A stretch of DNA of 29,972 nt from IMG/VR virus record IMGVR_UViG_3300026196_000019, positions 1-29,972 of that record; one strand, written 5' to 3'. The notes below the pieces were generated by a model. The model had not been told where the DNA came from and made no database searches. It saw nothing but the letters and a program-made list of their open reading frames with translations. This document shows, piece by piece, positions 8,901 through 16,424 of this stretch (position 1 is the stretch's first letter; each line of letters starts with the position of its first letter). Source of the stretch: a virus (lineage: Duplodnaviria > Caudoviricetes). Both the position numbers and the translations under genes were made by a program.

Positions 8901-10425
8901 ACGCAGCATATGATGCGGGTTGGCTTCCAGAATCCGCATTTTCAAAATAATAGTTTAGGTTGCAGTCCGCGCCTGTTGAATCTATCTTAGCGGTATATTT
9001 AACATACGCATCAGTAATCTCAGACCCTTGCGGAACTGTTATATTCTTAAAAGAAACAAAACCGTTGTAACTAACACCAGAACTGTATTTGCCAAAGCCA
9101 AAACTTTGTTCATCATTAACAAAGCCTGATGCGCTAGTCCAAGAACCATCGTCGGCATCCGCTGTCGGGTAGTAGGTTCCTGATCCAGCCGCGCCAGTGT
9201 ATACCCAAAAAGTGACCGTGTATTCTGTATTCGGTTCGACAGTAATGTCTTGGTAGCCACCAGCGGTAGAACTGCTTGCAGTTGTATTCTGAACCTCTAA
9301 ATCCTTAGACCCCCCGTGAGGCGAAGTCGTACCGCTCGTCAGAGTAGCGTTGTTCTCCGTCCATCCCGTAGTCCCAGATTCAAAAGTTCCATTCGTAAAA
9401 GCATAGCTCTGATAAATACGATACGCCCAATAACTCAGGGTGTAGCCCGTAGAAGCACTTACAGCGATGTCCTGGTAAATCCCAGCACTCTCCGAAGACG
9501 CAGCCGTAGGCGTCACAACCGCATCGTAAGTACCTCCGTGCGGTGACGTACTCCCCGTGGTTGAAGTGGCGTTGCTGTTAGTCCATCCAGTAGGCGGTGT
9601 TCCCCCCGTCTCAAAACCGGAGTTGGTAATGGAAGACGTTACCAGTGAATCCCTTCTAGCCCAATAACTGATGGTGTATTCCACACCGGGGGCCGCTGCT
9701 ATGTCCTGGTAAATCCCAGCTGTCGGGTCCCCTGCTGCCGTGCTCGTTATTTCAACATCATACGTTCCTGCTTTGGGATCTGTTGATGCTGTTACAGCAT
9801 CCGCATCGTTCTCCGTCCAGCCTGTAGGTGGGTCTCCGCCCGTTTCAAAACCGTCGTTCGTTATAGAAATGCTAGAAGGAGTGGCACCACCGATAACGAT
9901 CTTAAACCCGTCAGGATAAGCCGTGCCGCCGGACCACGCTATGGGGTTCGTTCCGCTGGCGCTACCTACCCAGTCGTCTCCTATGGCGTCTGAGAACATG
10001 TCGCCTGAATCGGCCGTAAGGGTGGCTTTAACGGTCCCGAACGTGGTTCCGGTATCAGGGGGGTCGTTGGTGGCGAGGTACAGCTTATCGTTCGTCTGTG
10101 CCATAAAGCAACGTGTACCGAATGTCGGGTTCACGTACTGGTGTAAACTGTCGATAGCATACGCACCGATAGCGGTGGAATTGTTCTTCTCCATCCCACG
10201 CCTGGGGGACCAACCAGCGGATATTCCGGGGGCGGGTCTTCGCATGTTCGTAGCCGAAACGATAGATCCCGGCTCAAGAGCTATGAACGGAGCCACGCGG
10301 TTCAATTTTTTAGTGAACGCTACGCTTTTGGAAAGGATTGGAGAATTGTCAGGGAATCCGCCACTGTCTTGCGCCAAGGCAGGAACAGCCAGTATCAACG
10401 CTAATAAAATTAGTTTTTTTATCAT
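5953..10425 (-). CDS. Tail nozzle / tail-tubular-B-like protein with signal peptide and inserted carbohydrate-binding-like domains (1490 aa)
   Basis: N-terminal LNRV..F..LEPG....ATNM...W.PRRG pattern, C-terminal beta-propeller-like repeats (KVGAIAP, AIFMAADGIYMTDG, NISDPI) and terminal KFKT..LRRIKI..FAFEF segment typical of podovirus nozzles; adjacent to adaptor genes. Confidence 0.75.
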   Translation of the reverse strand: MIKKLILLALILAVPALAQDSGGFPDNSPILSKSVAFTKKLNRVAPFIALEPGSIVSATNMRRPAPGISAGWSPRRGMEKNNSTAIGAYAIDSLHQYVNPTFGTRCFMAQTNDKLYLATNDPPDTGTTFGTVKATLTADSGDMFSDAIGDDWVGSASGTNPIAWSGGTAYPDGFKIVIGGATPSSISITNDGFETGGDPPTGWTENDADAVTASTDPKAGTYDVEITSTAAGDPTAGIYQDIAAAPGVEYTISYWARRDSLVTSSITNSGFETGGTPPTGWTNSNATSTTGSTSPHGGTYDAVVTPTAASSESAGIYQDIAVSASTGYTLSYWAYRIYQSYAFTNGTFESGTTGWTENNATLTSGTTSPHGGSKDLEVQNTTASSSTAGGYQDITVEPNTEYTVTFWVYTGAAGSGTYYPTADADDGSWTSASGFVNDEQSFGFGKYSSGVSYNGFVSFKNITVPQGSEITDAYVKYTAKIDSTGADCNLNYYFENADSGSQPASYAACEALSLTSAVAQDAVPTQTADTQYDTDDISSILQTVTSRSGWSSGNAATWVAKDNSSDTGAIRWADDFGYSPSDKAELHVTYISGTPAITVEAYTSGDALISTPATDTYSPTASTWTQYQKTFTTPATTSYIRVYLASNSSSIGVKVEFDDITIAPTSEAYPQTNPSHVIQYLNAAKAVLSTFDTQENNPADSTWTQYSENITTPVLCAYVRLYLGAKAPSTDFLNPVEFDDVQIATTSGGPFPSHVMQFLDAGSTVLETASTQNNEPTVGTWVQYSATAISPATTAYVRLYLGCNSTPLGETVQFDALTSIVAVPPSGLSVTDGYEEVRNSLTTRYIPYPASTFDPVYVGFRRPVNAIHFYIDGTPNSETETMAVYYWQGSSSTWNLVGNLVDGTIISAATLAQSGEMSWDKGPSGETPRVLPGTSDDLYWYKLTPSGNLSSGVNIYQVTVSEDMGEIANLWSGYQVLASGVLLDQGAGYADYTAEVTDGTDTNVMPLDSLATDSELYVGFDERAQGIVIRMAPDHINSDATVVTVKYWDGDSWVSVGELVDGTSNGTDSLAQTGMIQWDGDSFREIKSVLGGLRTPYFWYQLSWSVALDADVDVWEVSFASKPDPIPKYDGVINYNNNALWWPGTEGAGTLDYSQQGYAHILNGPYSGATLPIFGGGEVNAITMLGTSAIVSTKNPYQTYFLEGINPAEFTAVLVSDKVGAIAPKALLSIDSGVRIFDDQVRVRSAIFMAADGIYMTDGSTILNISDPISDYFNASSGPYIEPEYIDTSYAWVDHEEKTVHFAVPMNMSGSGTQSVLNRELVYGYLTDEWYGLYQRGAAANCGLDVIGSSNESLTYAGGFLGYVYRTNTGTDDSGTKITHKFKTSPLSPLQGTISDALNYSSTLRRIKIKGKADTTSGAVAGVTVYPDGITTGVDAGDISLENTGYGMVSGALNVTQTGDEFAFEFDSDLLGAEMELYGFTIDFMPQRPE

Positions 10426-11099
10426 TTGGGAGCTTGCTCAATCGGTACATTATATAGCTCTTGCTTTAGAGCGTTGAGTGCTTCCATATACATGGTGTAG
10501 AATTTGTCTGACTCTGCGTATCGGTGTTCTTTTTTGTAGGCCATGGCTGCGGCGTACCAGAATGTTAGCGGCTGATATTCGTTGGGGAGGTCCCCGATAG
10601 TCTGGGACTGTTTGGAGAAATAGACCTTTACGCTGTCCCCGTTTTCTGCCGAAGTGGGGAGCGGAAATATCCCGATTTTATCATCAAAATGATAATAGTA
10701 AATCGGAGGACCGGCTTTCATGTGGGGGAGATCTGATATCTGAAACGGTTCGACTCTTTTCAGACCGATATATTCACCGTCAGGGTTAAGGTAGATGGCA
10801 CCCCATACCTTTACAATATCAGTCACACCGTCTGCACCGTTGGTTACCAGATCCGTGTACTCATATTGGCTTGTTACCAATAGAAACGTGTCTGTGTCCT
10901 GAATGCACAACGCCCGTGCTGAAATCGCTTCCGTCGCCTCTTTAATCCAGTTGCCAAGCTCCGTGTCGCTCCAGAAAGAAGCGGAGCTTTCGTTCAATAA
11001 CGCCCGAACTTGAGTGATTGCCGTGGTACTGGTGTAATAATCCGCCCCGTACACAGTCGTTGAAAACAACAGAACTAATATAACAAGAAGTTTCTTCAT
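10422..11099 (-). CDS. Head-tail adaptor-like protein with N-terminal signal peptide (225 aa)
   Basis: ITQVRALLNE..FWSDTELGNWIKEA, L...QYEY, IGIFPLP, LPNEYQPL..YAAAMAY pattern of podovirus adaptor / tail-tubular-A proteins; GAGGTG RBS. Confidence 0.8.
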   Translation of the reverse strand: MKKLLVILVLLFSTTVYGADYYTSTTAITQVRALLNESSASFWSDTELGNWIKEATEAISARALCIQDTDTFLLVTSQYEYTDLVTNGADGVTDIVKVWGAIYLNPDGEYIGLKRVEPFQISDLPHMKAGPPIYYYHFDDKIGIFPLPTSAENGDSVKVYFSKQSQTIGDLPNEYQPLTFWYAAAMAYKKEHRYAESDKFYTMYMEALNALKQELYNVPIEQAPK

Positions 11100-11987
11100 T
11101 CAATACACCTCGCTCATAAGCCTGACCGAACCGGGTACGTTTTCTATGGAGTTTTCCAGGTTAAGCATGGCGCTCATGAAAAGCCCCCTGTACCTTTGTT
11201 CCTGTGCTTCCATATTCACTTTCCGTTCAAACACCTTCCACGCCACGTAATTCTCAAGAAGGCTTTCCTGAAGGTGTTCTGGTATTCCGTGAGGTCGTGT
11301 CTTGGCTGTGAATTCGCTCCCTGCCGATTCGTCAGTGGGTGCGGGGGTTACGGTAATGTAGGAGTAATCCGTAGCGATTGCGGTAATGGTGAAGTCCGTA
11401 TTGTTGCTGGTGGTCCCTGTAAAATCTATGGTTTGACCCACAGACATCAACCCGAAACCCACGGAAGCAGAAGAGGCGCTATCCGAAATCCTACTACCTG
11501 TTTCAGCGAATGATATGGTGGACGCGGCGTAGGAAGTCATATTGGTTGGTTTTCGGTAATAATAAGCCGTGAGAGTCTCAGCCGTGGACGGATACCCCTG
11601 GTAATAGAGCTTTGTCCCCCTTACCGCAGCCACAAGCACCCTGTTCGTGCTGTCAAGGTTGGAATACATCCTGAGTAATTCCGTGAACGAATTCAATATC
11701 TGAACTTCCAGTTCGGTTGTGCTGCTAACAATATAATACAGGTCCCTTCCAAAGTCCGAAGGCAAGTCAATGTAAGGGTTCGCCACGCTGGTTTCCAGGT
11801 CGTAGTCGGTTGCAAGCTCAGATAGTGGTGACGAAAATACCTGAGTATTGTCGGGGAACGTAATAAACATTCCACCTGCAACGTGTCGTTGGCCTTGGTT
11901 CAAATAATCCAATAGTCTAGCGGATGAAAAAGCCGCGTCTTGGATTATTTCTTTAACTCCGGTAATTAGATCGGTTTGTTTTGCCAT
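11100..11987 (-). CDS. Second head-tail adaptor-like protein with an inserted beta-rich domain (295 aa)
   Basis: DLITGVKEIIQD..LLDYLNQGQ, IDLPSDF, YYYRKP, IPEHLQESLLENYVAWK pattern; Ser/Thr-rich insert at about 11302-11540. Confidence 0.75.
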   Translation of the reverse strand: MAKQTDLITGVKEIIQDAAFSSARLLDYLNQGQRHVAGGMFITFPDNTQVFSSPLSELATDYDLETSVANPYIDLPSDFGRDLYYIVSSTTELEVQILNSFTELLRMYSNLDSTNRVLVAAVRGTKLYYQGYPSTAETLTAYYYRKPTNMTSYAASTISFAETGSRISDSASSASVGFGLMSVGQTIDFTGTTSNNTDFTITAIATDYSYITVTPAPTDESAGSEFTAKTRPHGIPEHLQESLLENYVAWKVFERKVNMEAQEQRYRGLFMSAMLNLENSIENVPGSVRLMSEVY

Positions 11988-11998
11988 GTTTTATACCT

Positions 11999-14314
11999 TT
12001 ATTTCGGAACTGCCGTCTTACTTTCAACCCATGTTTTCATCCAACCCGGCATCTCAGGTGCTTGCAAATTCATGGCATCAACCTCTGCCTCGGTGCGGTT
12101 TCGCTTTTGAATGAATTTTCCGGTATCGGGATCAAACGAAATGTCCGCTTTCAATTGTTTTTTGAATTTCCCGGTCCCCTGTTTGATTGTAACAGGGGTC
12201 ATTTTTACTGTAACTGAAACTTTCCATCCTTTGTCAACAGCATATTTGAATCCATCCGCCTTTGGCTCAACTTGCACATCCTCAGTAATTTCCACAGGCC
12301 CAAAGGCATCCTGTGCCGCGATCTCTATTTCAACTGTTTCAGCTAATTTCGCTTCCCTGAGTTTAGCAAGCTGAACCGTATTCCAATCCTGCTTCACTAA
12401 ATCGACATGTCCAGGTTCGTCTTTTCGTCTGAGATTGTAAGCATCAAATGTTTCCTCTGTGATTGTTCCGTCAAGCGTTTGCCAAAATATCACACCTAAA
12501 TACGGTTGCACACGTTTTCCTATCCAGTCAAGTCCGGGGCCATTTTGATAAAGCTCCTGCGGTGCATCAAGCGGGTGAGATGAAATCTGTGTATCCGTTC
12601 CAGCATCGTCTGTGAAATAGAATTCATTAGGCGTTGCCGTTTTGACCCATGGTTGACCATAACCAGCGGTGTCCGCGTTAGCCGATGCCTGCTCTTTCAG
12701 ACTCATTGTGCCTTCGATTGTTAGCTTTTGGTTTGGGTCTTCAAGCCCTATCCCGACATTGCCAGATTCATCAATTCGCATGGCTTCCGCATTTTCAGTT
12801 TCAAAAGCCATCTCATTATCGTTTCCAGTTCTGATTGATGCAATCGAAACACTGTTTGATACTGAACTGGAATCAGTAGAGTTAATGAACCTTAATCTTG
12901 ATCCTGTTCCTGTATCTGTTGCATTGTTCCGTAATTGCAACCCATCATAGATAGAACCAGCAGATGTATCGACAATCTCTAAGGTTGTATATGGACTCAT
13001 TGTGCCGATGCCGACGCTGCCGTCGTTGTAATAAATATTGCTGCCCGTCTGGGTCCAAAGCCCTGCACCACCGGTCTGATACCAATTGCTGCCATCGCAT
13101 ACTAAAATCCAACCACCGTAGGTCGATGATTTAGTTTCGTCTTCTGCGCTTTCCAGATAAATATCCTGGTTCCCGGTTGATTCAGCGTTTTCAATGATCG
13201 CGTCGTTTGTCGCGTCTACGATTACGACATAAAGAACCTGATCAGCTACCCCGCCCGTGAACCCGCCTATCGTTACGTTGTTGTCACCGGTATCTATTTT
13301 GACCACATTAGCCCCGGACACGTCCAGATTATCCGTAGGCCCGGTTGCGGCAACGGTCGTCGAACCGGTCGTAAGCACCCCTGAAAGATCCAAGCTCGTT
13401 CCCGTTGCCTCGCCGATGTCACCATTCTGAAATAGATCCGCACCGGTTCCGCTTTCGTCGGTTAATGCGCTTCGGAGATTCGCGCTTGAGGGGGTGGCGA
13501 GAAATGAAGCTACGTTTGCCCCCAACCCGCTTACTCCGCTTGATATTGGTAGCCCTGTGGCATTTGTAAGGGTCCCACCTGCAGGGGTTCCCAAAGCTCC
13601 GCCTACGAAATATGCTGCTCCAGTTCCCACTTCATCGCTAAGAACTCCGCGAAGTTGGGCACTGGCGGTTGGGGCGAAAAATGACAGATTATCTGTAGCG
13701 TTGGGCACTGCGTTGGATGATTCTGTAATAGCACCAGACGCTAGAGTCCCAGTGGTACTTAAGTTTTCGTTATCAAAAGATATTGAACCCGATGAATCAG
13801 ACACGCTTCCTGAATCAATCGTAATTGTTCCAGCATCCACTTGACCGGAAGAATCAATAGAAGTTACAGTGGTTGCACCAGCACCCAGCGTCCCAGTGGT
13901 TGAAAGATTCTCGTTACCGAAAGAAATAGCGCCACTGCTATCAGTTATGGACCCACTCCCAATAGTCATTGTTCCTGCGTCCACAGTAGCGCTTGCATCT
14001 AAAGAGGTGGAAGATATTGCGCCAGTTGATATCGACGCAGGTGCAAATGCACCAGATACATTCAAATCACCAGTTATAGCGAAAGTTGCCGTAGTTCCAT
14101 CATCCGTGACAGTCAGAAACGTGTTTGTCCCATCCGATAATTCCAAACGGTTATCGGTGGTTTCGTCATAGGAGAGATAAAAATTGAGGTCGGTGCCAAA
14201 GATGAGAGAATAATCGTCAGGGATTAGTACCCCCTGGTCGTGGATTTCGTAATTGTCAGCACAAGCAACCGAAGCCCAAAACAGACTTACCATTATAATA
14301 AGGAATCTTTTCAT
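11999..14314 (-). CDS. Tail fibre-like protein with N-terminal signal peptide (771 aa)
   Basis: Gly/Ser/Thr-rich mosaic with 48-aa tandem repeat, LR..L(S/T)DE.GTGA repeats, W.L.CDGSNWY and GNVGIG/GSVGIGT fibre motifs; ATGA overlap with upstream stop. Confidence 0.8.
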   Translation of the reverse strand: MKRFLIIMVSLFWASVACADNYEIHDQGVLIPDDYSLIFGTDLNFYLSYDETTDNRLELSDGTNTFLTVTDDGTTATFAITGDLNVSGAFAPASISTGAISSTSLDASATVDAGTMTIGSGSITDSSGAISFGNENLSTTGTLGAGATTVTSIDSSGQVDAGTITIDSGSVSDSSGSISFDNENLSTTGTLASGAITESSNAVPNATDNLSFFAPTASAQLRGVLSDEVGTGAAYFVGGALGTPAGGTLTNATGLPISSGVSGLGANVASFLATPSSANLRSALTDESGTGADLFQNGDIGEATGTSLDLSGVLTTGSTTVAATGPTDNLDVSGANVVKIDTGDNNVTIGGFTGGVADQVLYVVIVDATNDAIIENAESTGNQDIYLESAEDETKSSTYGGWILVCDGSNWYQTGGAGLWTQTGSNIYYNDGSVGIGTMSPYTTLEIVDTSAGSIYDGLQLRNNATDTGTGSRLRFINSTDSSSVSNSVSIASIRTGNDNEMAFETENAEAMRIDESGNVGIGLEDPNQKLTIEGTMSLKEQASANADTAGYGQPWVKTATPNEFYFTDDAGTDTQISSHPLDAPQELYQNGPGLDWIGKRVQPYLGVIFWQTLDGTITEETFDAYNLRRKDEPGHVDLVKQDWNTVQLAKLREAKLAETVEIEIAAQDAFGPVEITEDVQVEPKADGFKYAVDKGWKVSVTVKMTPVTIKQGTGKFKKQLKADISFDPDTGKFIQKRNRTEAEVDAMNLQAPEMPGWMKTWVESKTAVPK

Positions 14315-14631
14315 GGTTGCACCAAATGCCTCAATGCCTTAAAAGTCCAATCGTCAGTCGGAACAGCAACCCGTACCCTGATTGTATTGATGTTTTTGTC
14401 GATGGTGAGTAAAACGGTGGATGGAACAGTGCCTATATCTTTGATACGGCGAATAGCTTGTGACGGGGTTGAACTGGCGGTTTCGTCCCAATCGCCACGC
14501 AATTCCCCCGCCCGGCTATTGGTTCCATCGCTTATTCGGAAATCCCATACCGCTGAAACTCCGTTCGTGTCGGCAAAGCTGTCCACCGTTGAAGTTCCTG
14601 CGTCAATCGACTCGCTTATCGGTGTTGCCAT
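14311..14631 (-). CDS. Hypothetical, probably virion-associated beta-rich protein (106 aa)
   Basis: ORF with AGGTG RBS, translationally coupled to the fibre gene. Confidence 0.7.
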   Translation of the reverse strand: MATPISESIDAGTSTVDSFADTNGVSAVWDFRISDGTNSRAGELRGDWDETASSTPSQAIRRIKDIGTVPSTVLLTIDKNINTIRVRVAVPTDDWTFKALRHLVQP

Positions 14632-14638
14632 TAATCAC

Positions 14639-15139
14639 CTAGTCTGTAGTAGTAAATTCAATTTCAGGACCGTAGCTCGTTCCTGCTGCATTTGTGGCAT
14701 AAGCCCGCACAAAATAACGGGTAGAGGCTGAAAGGCCCGTCAGGTTGCTTGTGAAGGTCCTTGCGCCCGTACCGTCAGAGGTTCTGTCATCATCCGTATC
14801 TGGGGCATGGTCGGTTGACCAGCAAACACCGTATTCCGTAACAGTCGCACCACCATCGTTCGTGATGTTCCCACCGCTTGCTGCTGTCGTAGCGTCAATC
14901 TCAGTAACCGCAACGGTCTCAAGCACGGTTGGGGTATAAGCACCTTCAGGTCTTGGGTCTCTTACCGTCTGGCGATCTGCTTTGGGGCGGACGCGATAAT
15001 CTTGGACGGGACGGGGGCCATCAAAGCATGTACCCCTATGCACGATGAGATTGTCCCACGTCTTTACCATTTCGGTGTTGTAGCCTTTCATGCCACAAAT
15101 ATCGCAGCATTGAAAAAAACGTCCAGAATAGAATGTCAT
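14639..15139 (-). CDS. Zn-ribbon (CDICG) phage protein fused to a fibronectin-type-III-like domain (166 aa)
   Basis: N-terminal CDICG..KTWDNLIV..C..P....D.RP; C-terminal SGGNITNDGG.TVTEYGVCWST...LTGL..STRYFVRAYATN.AGTSYG FN3 signature. Confidence 0.8.
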   Translation of the reverse strand: MTFYSGRFFQCCDICGMKGYNTEMVKTWDNLIVHRGTCFDGPRPVQDYRVRPKADRQTVRDPRPEGAYTPTVLETVAVTEIDATTAASGGNITNDGGATVTEYGVCWSTDHAPDTDDDRTSDGTGARTFTSNLTGLSASTRYFVRAYATNAAGTSYGPEIEFTTTD

Positions 15140-15879
15140 GCTGCCTCTTCAGACTGATAGGTCACGTATTTCGGGTATAACGGAAGCCCATCCGTGAATT
15201 CCAGGTACGTTTCATCGCCGCGCTCGTAAGCGAACTCGATCCATTTCATTTTGGTGTCTTCAACCACTAAGGGCGGCTGGTCCCTATCCTCATGACCGTC
15301 CACGACTATCGCGTCCATAATGGCTTTCTCGATCTCAAGAGCTTCCTGCGTGACCGTCCATTCATTGGAATTGCCAAACTTATGCTCAAATTCAGTGCAT
15401 CCTCTTTTCAGGAATACCTCAACGTCCCTTCCAACAAACTCGTCGCACAAAGTCCTGACATACTTGCGGCATTCTTCCCCTTCTTCGATGGAATTGTTGT
15501 ACCAGTAGGCCCCGTAATTACCGCCCACCGTGTCTCGTTTTTCAATACCGGCTTTTGAATCGCGGTCTGACATTTGTTGCAAATCTACTATCTTGAATAG
15601 CTGCTTGACAGTTTTAGGTCGTGCCACCACCTTCCAGCACTCCTGGCATCTGGACGGTATGAAATTGCAATAGGGCAGCATTATGCTGTGAAACATCAGA
15701 CAGTTTCTATCGTCGGGGCTGTCGCTTCCCGAATGAACCCATGGGGTATCCCATATCAAGGCAGTTCTCATGCTTATTTTCTTATCTTCCGGCCTTATAT
15801 ACAACATACCGCTTTTGAACGCCGGTTTCAGAATTCTTAAAACATTGGTCGCTCTTGCTTTTGAGTAATTAAAGCTCAT
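15136..15879 (-). CDS. Hypothetical protein with Cys motifs (247 aa)
   Basis: Coupled ORF; FIPSRCQECWKVV, KAGIEKR, YGAYWY and LKRGCTEFE motifs suggest a folded, possibly metal-binding domain. Confidence 0.8.
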   Translation of the reverse strand: MSFNYSKARATNVLRILKPAFKSGMLYIRPEDKKISMRTALIWDTPWVHSGSDSPDDRNCLMFHSIMLPYCNFIPSRCQECWKVVARPKTVKQLFKIVDLQQMSDRDSKAGIEKRDTVGGNYGAYWYNNSIEEGEECRKYVRTLCDEFVGRDVEVFLKRGCTEFEHKFGNSNEWTVTQEALEIEKAIMDAIVVDGHEDRDQPPLVVEDTKMKWIEFAYERGDETYLEFTDGLPLYPKYVTYQSEEAA

Positions 15880-16067
15880 ACTCTATCTAACTCCCTCTCT
15901 GACCAAAATGCAGGTCCGTACTTTTTGTCCAGATATTTGCATTTGTCGAAATGCTCATCTGACATTCCTCTCAAGCCTTCCTTGCGGATATTCGCCTCTT
16001 GTTCGCTTCGGGTTTTTCCAAGGTTTTGTACCTTGTATTTCGTCTTGTCTATGATCTGAAATGTCAT
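15876..16067 (-). CDS. Hypothetical protein (63 aa)
   Basis: AAGGAG RBS; ATGA overlaps with both neighbours. Confidence 0.7.
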   Translation of the reverse strand: MTFQIIDKTKYKVQNLGKTRSEQEANIRKEGLRGMSDEHFDKCKYLDKKYGPAFWSERELDRV

Positions 16068-16414
16068 GCTAACTCCTTCAGATTTTCAATCGTTTGTGAT
16101 TCGGAGCCGAATACCCCTTCCATAACCGCCATGCCGTTTGAACCATCGCTCAGTTCTACAAACCCGGCAGACAGTACGGCGCTTAAATCCCTCTGCTTTT
16201 GAGCAGACAGGCCGTTGTATTCGCTTATGTCCATAGCTTCAAACACAACGTGGGAAGGCGTTGCAGGGTAAATCAGCATGGCGTGTTCAACAAATCCGTC
16301 ACCACCACATGACCCGCATGTGGATGTAGATTCGTCGTCACCCACCTTGCTGGTTCGATCACCACTGCCGTTGCAAAACTGGCATTTATAATGGATGGGG
16401 TATTTGGCTCCCAT
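16064..16414 (-). CDS. Hypothetical protein with DnaJ-type CxxCxGxG zinc finger (116 aa)
   Basis: CQFCNGSG and CGSCGGDG motifs; AAGGAG RBS. Confidence 0.8.
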   Translation of the reverse strand: MGAKYPIHYKCQFCNGSGDRTSKVGDDESTSTCGSCGGDGFVEHAMLIYPATPSHVVFEAMDISEYNGLSAQKQRDLSAVLSAGFVELSDGSNGMAVMEGVFGSESQTIENLKELA

Positions 16415-16424
16415 GATTCACTCC

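Noticed and set aside
14258-14314. Lipoprotein reading of the fibre leader (SVAC)
   Set aside because: The -3 residue is Ser rather than L/V/I, and A-C-A|D fits signal peptidase I better; not fully excluded.
7960-14314. Diversity-generating retroelement or CRISPR-like array behind the repeats
   Set aside because: Repeats are protein-level and diverged at all bases; no adenine-specific template/variable pair, reverse transcriptase or regularly spaced identical repeats seen.
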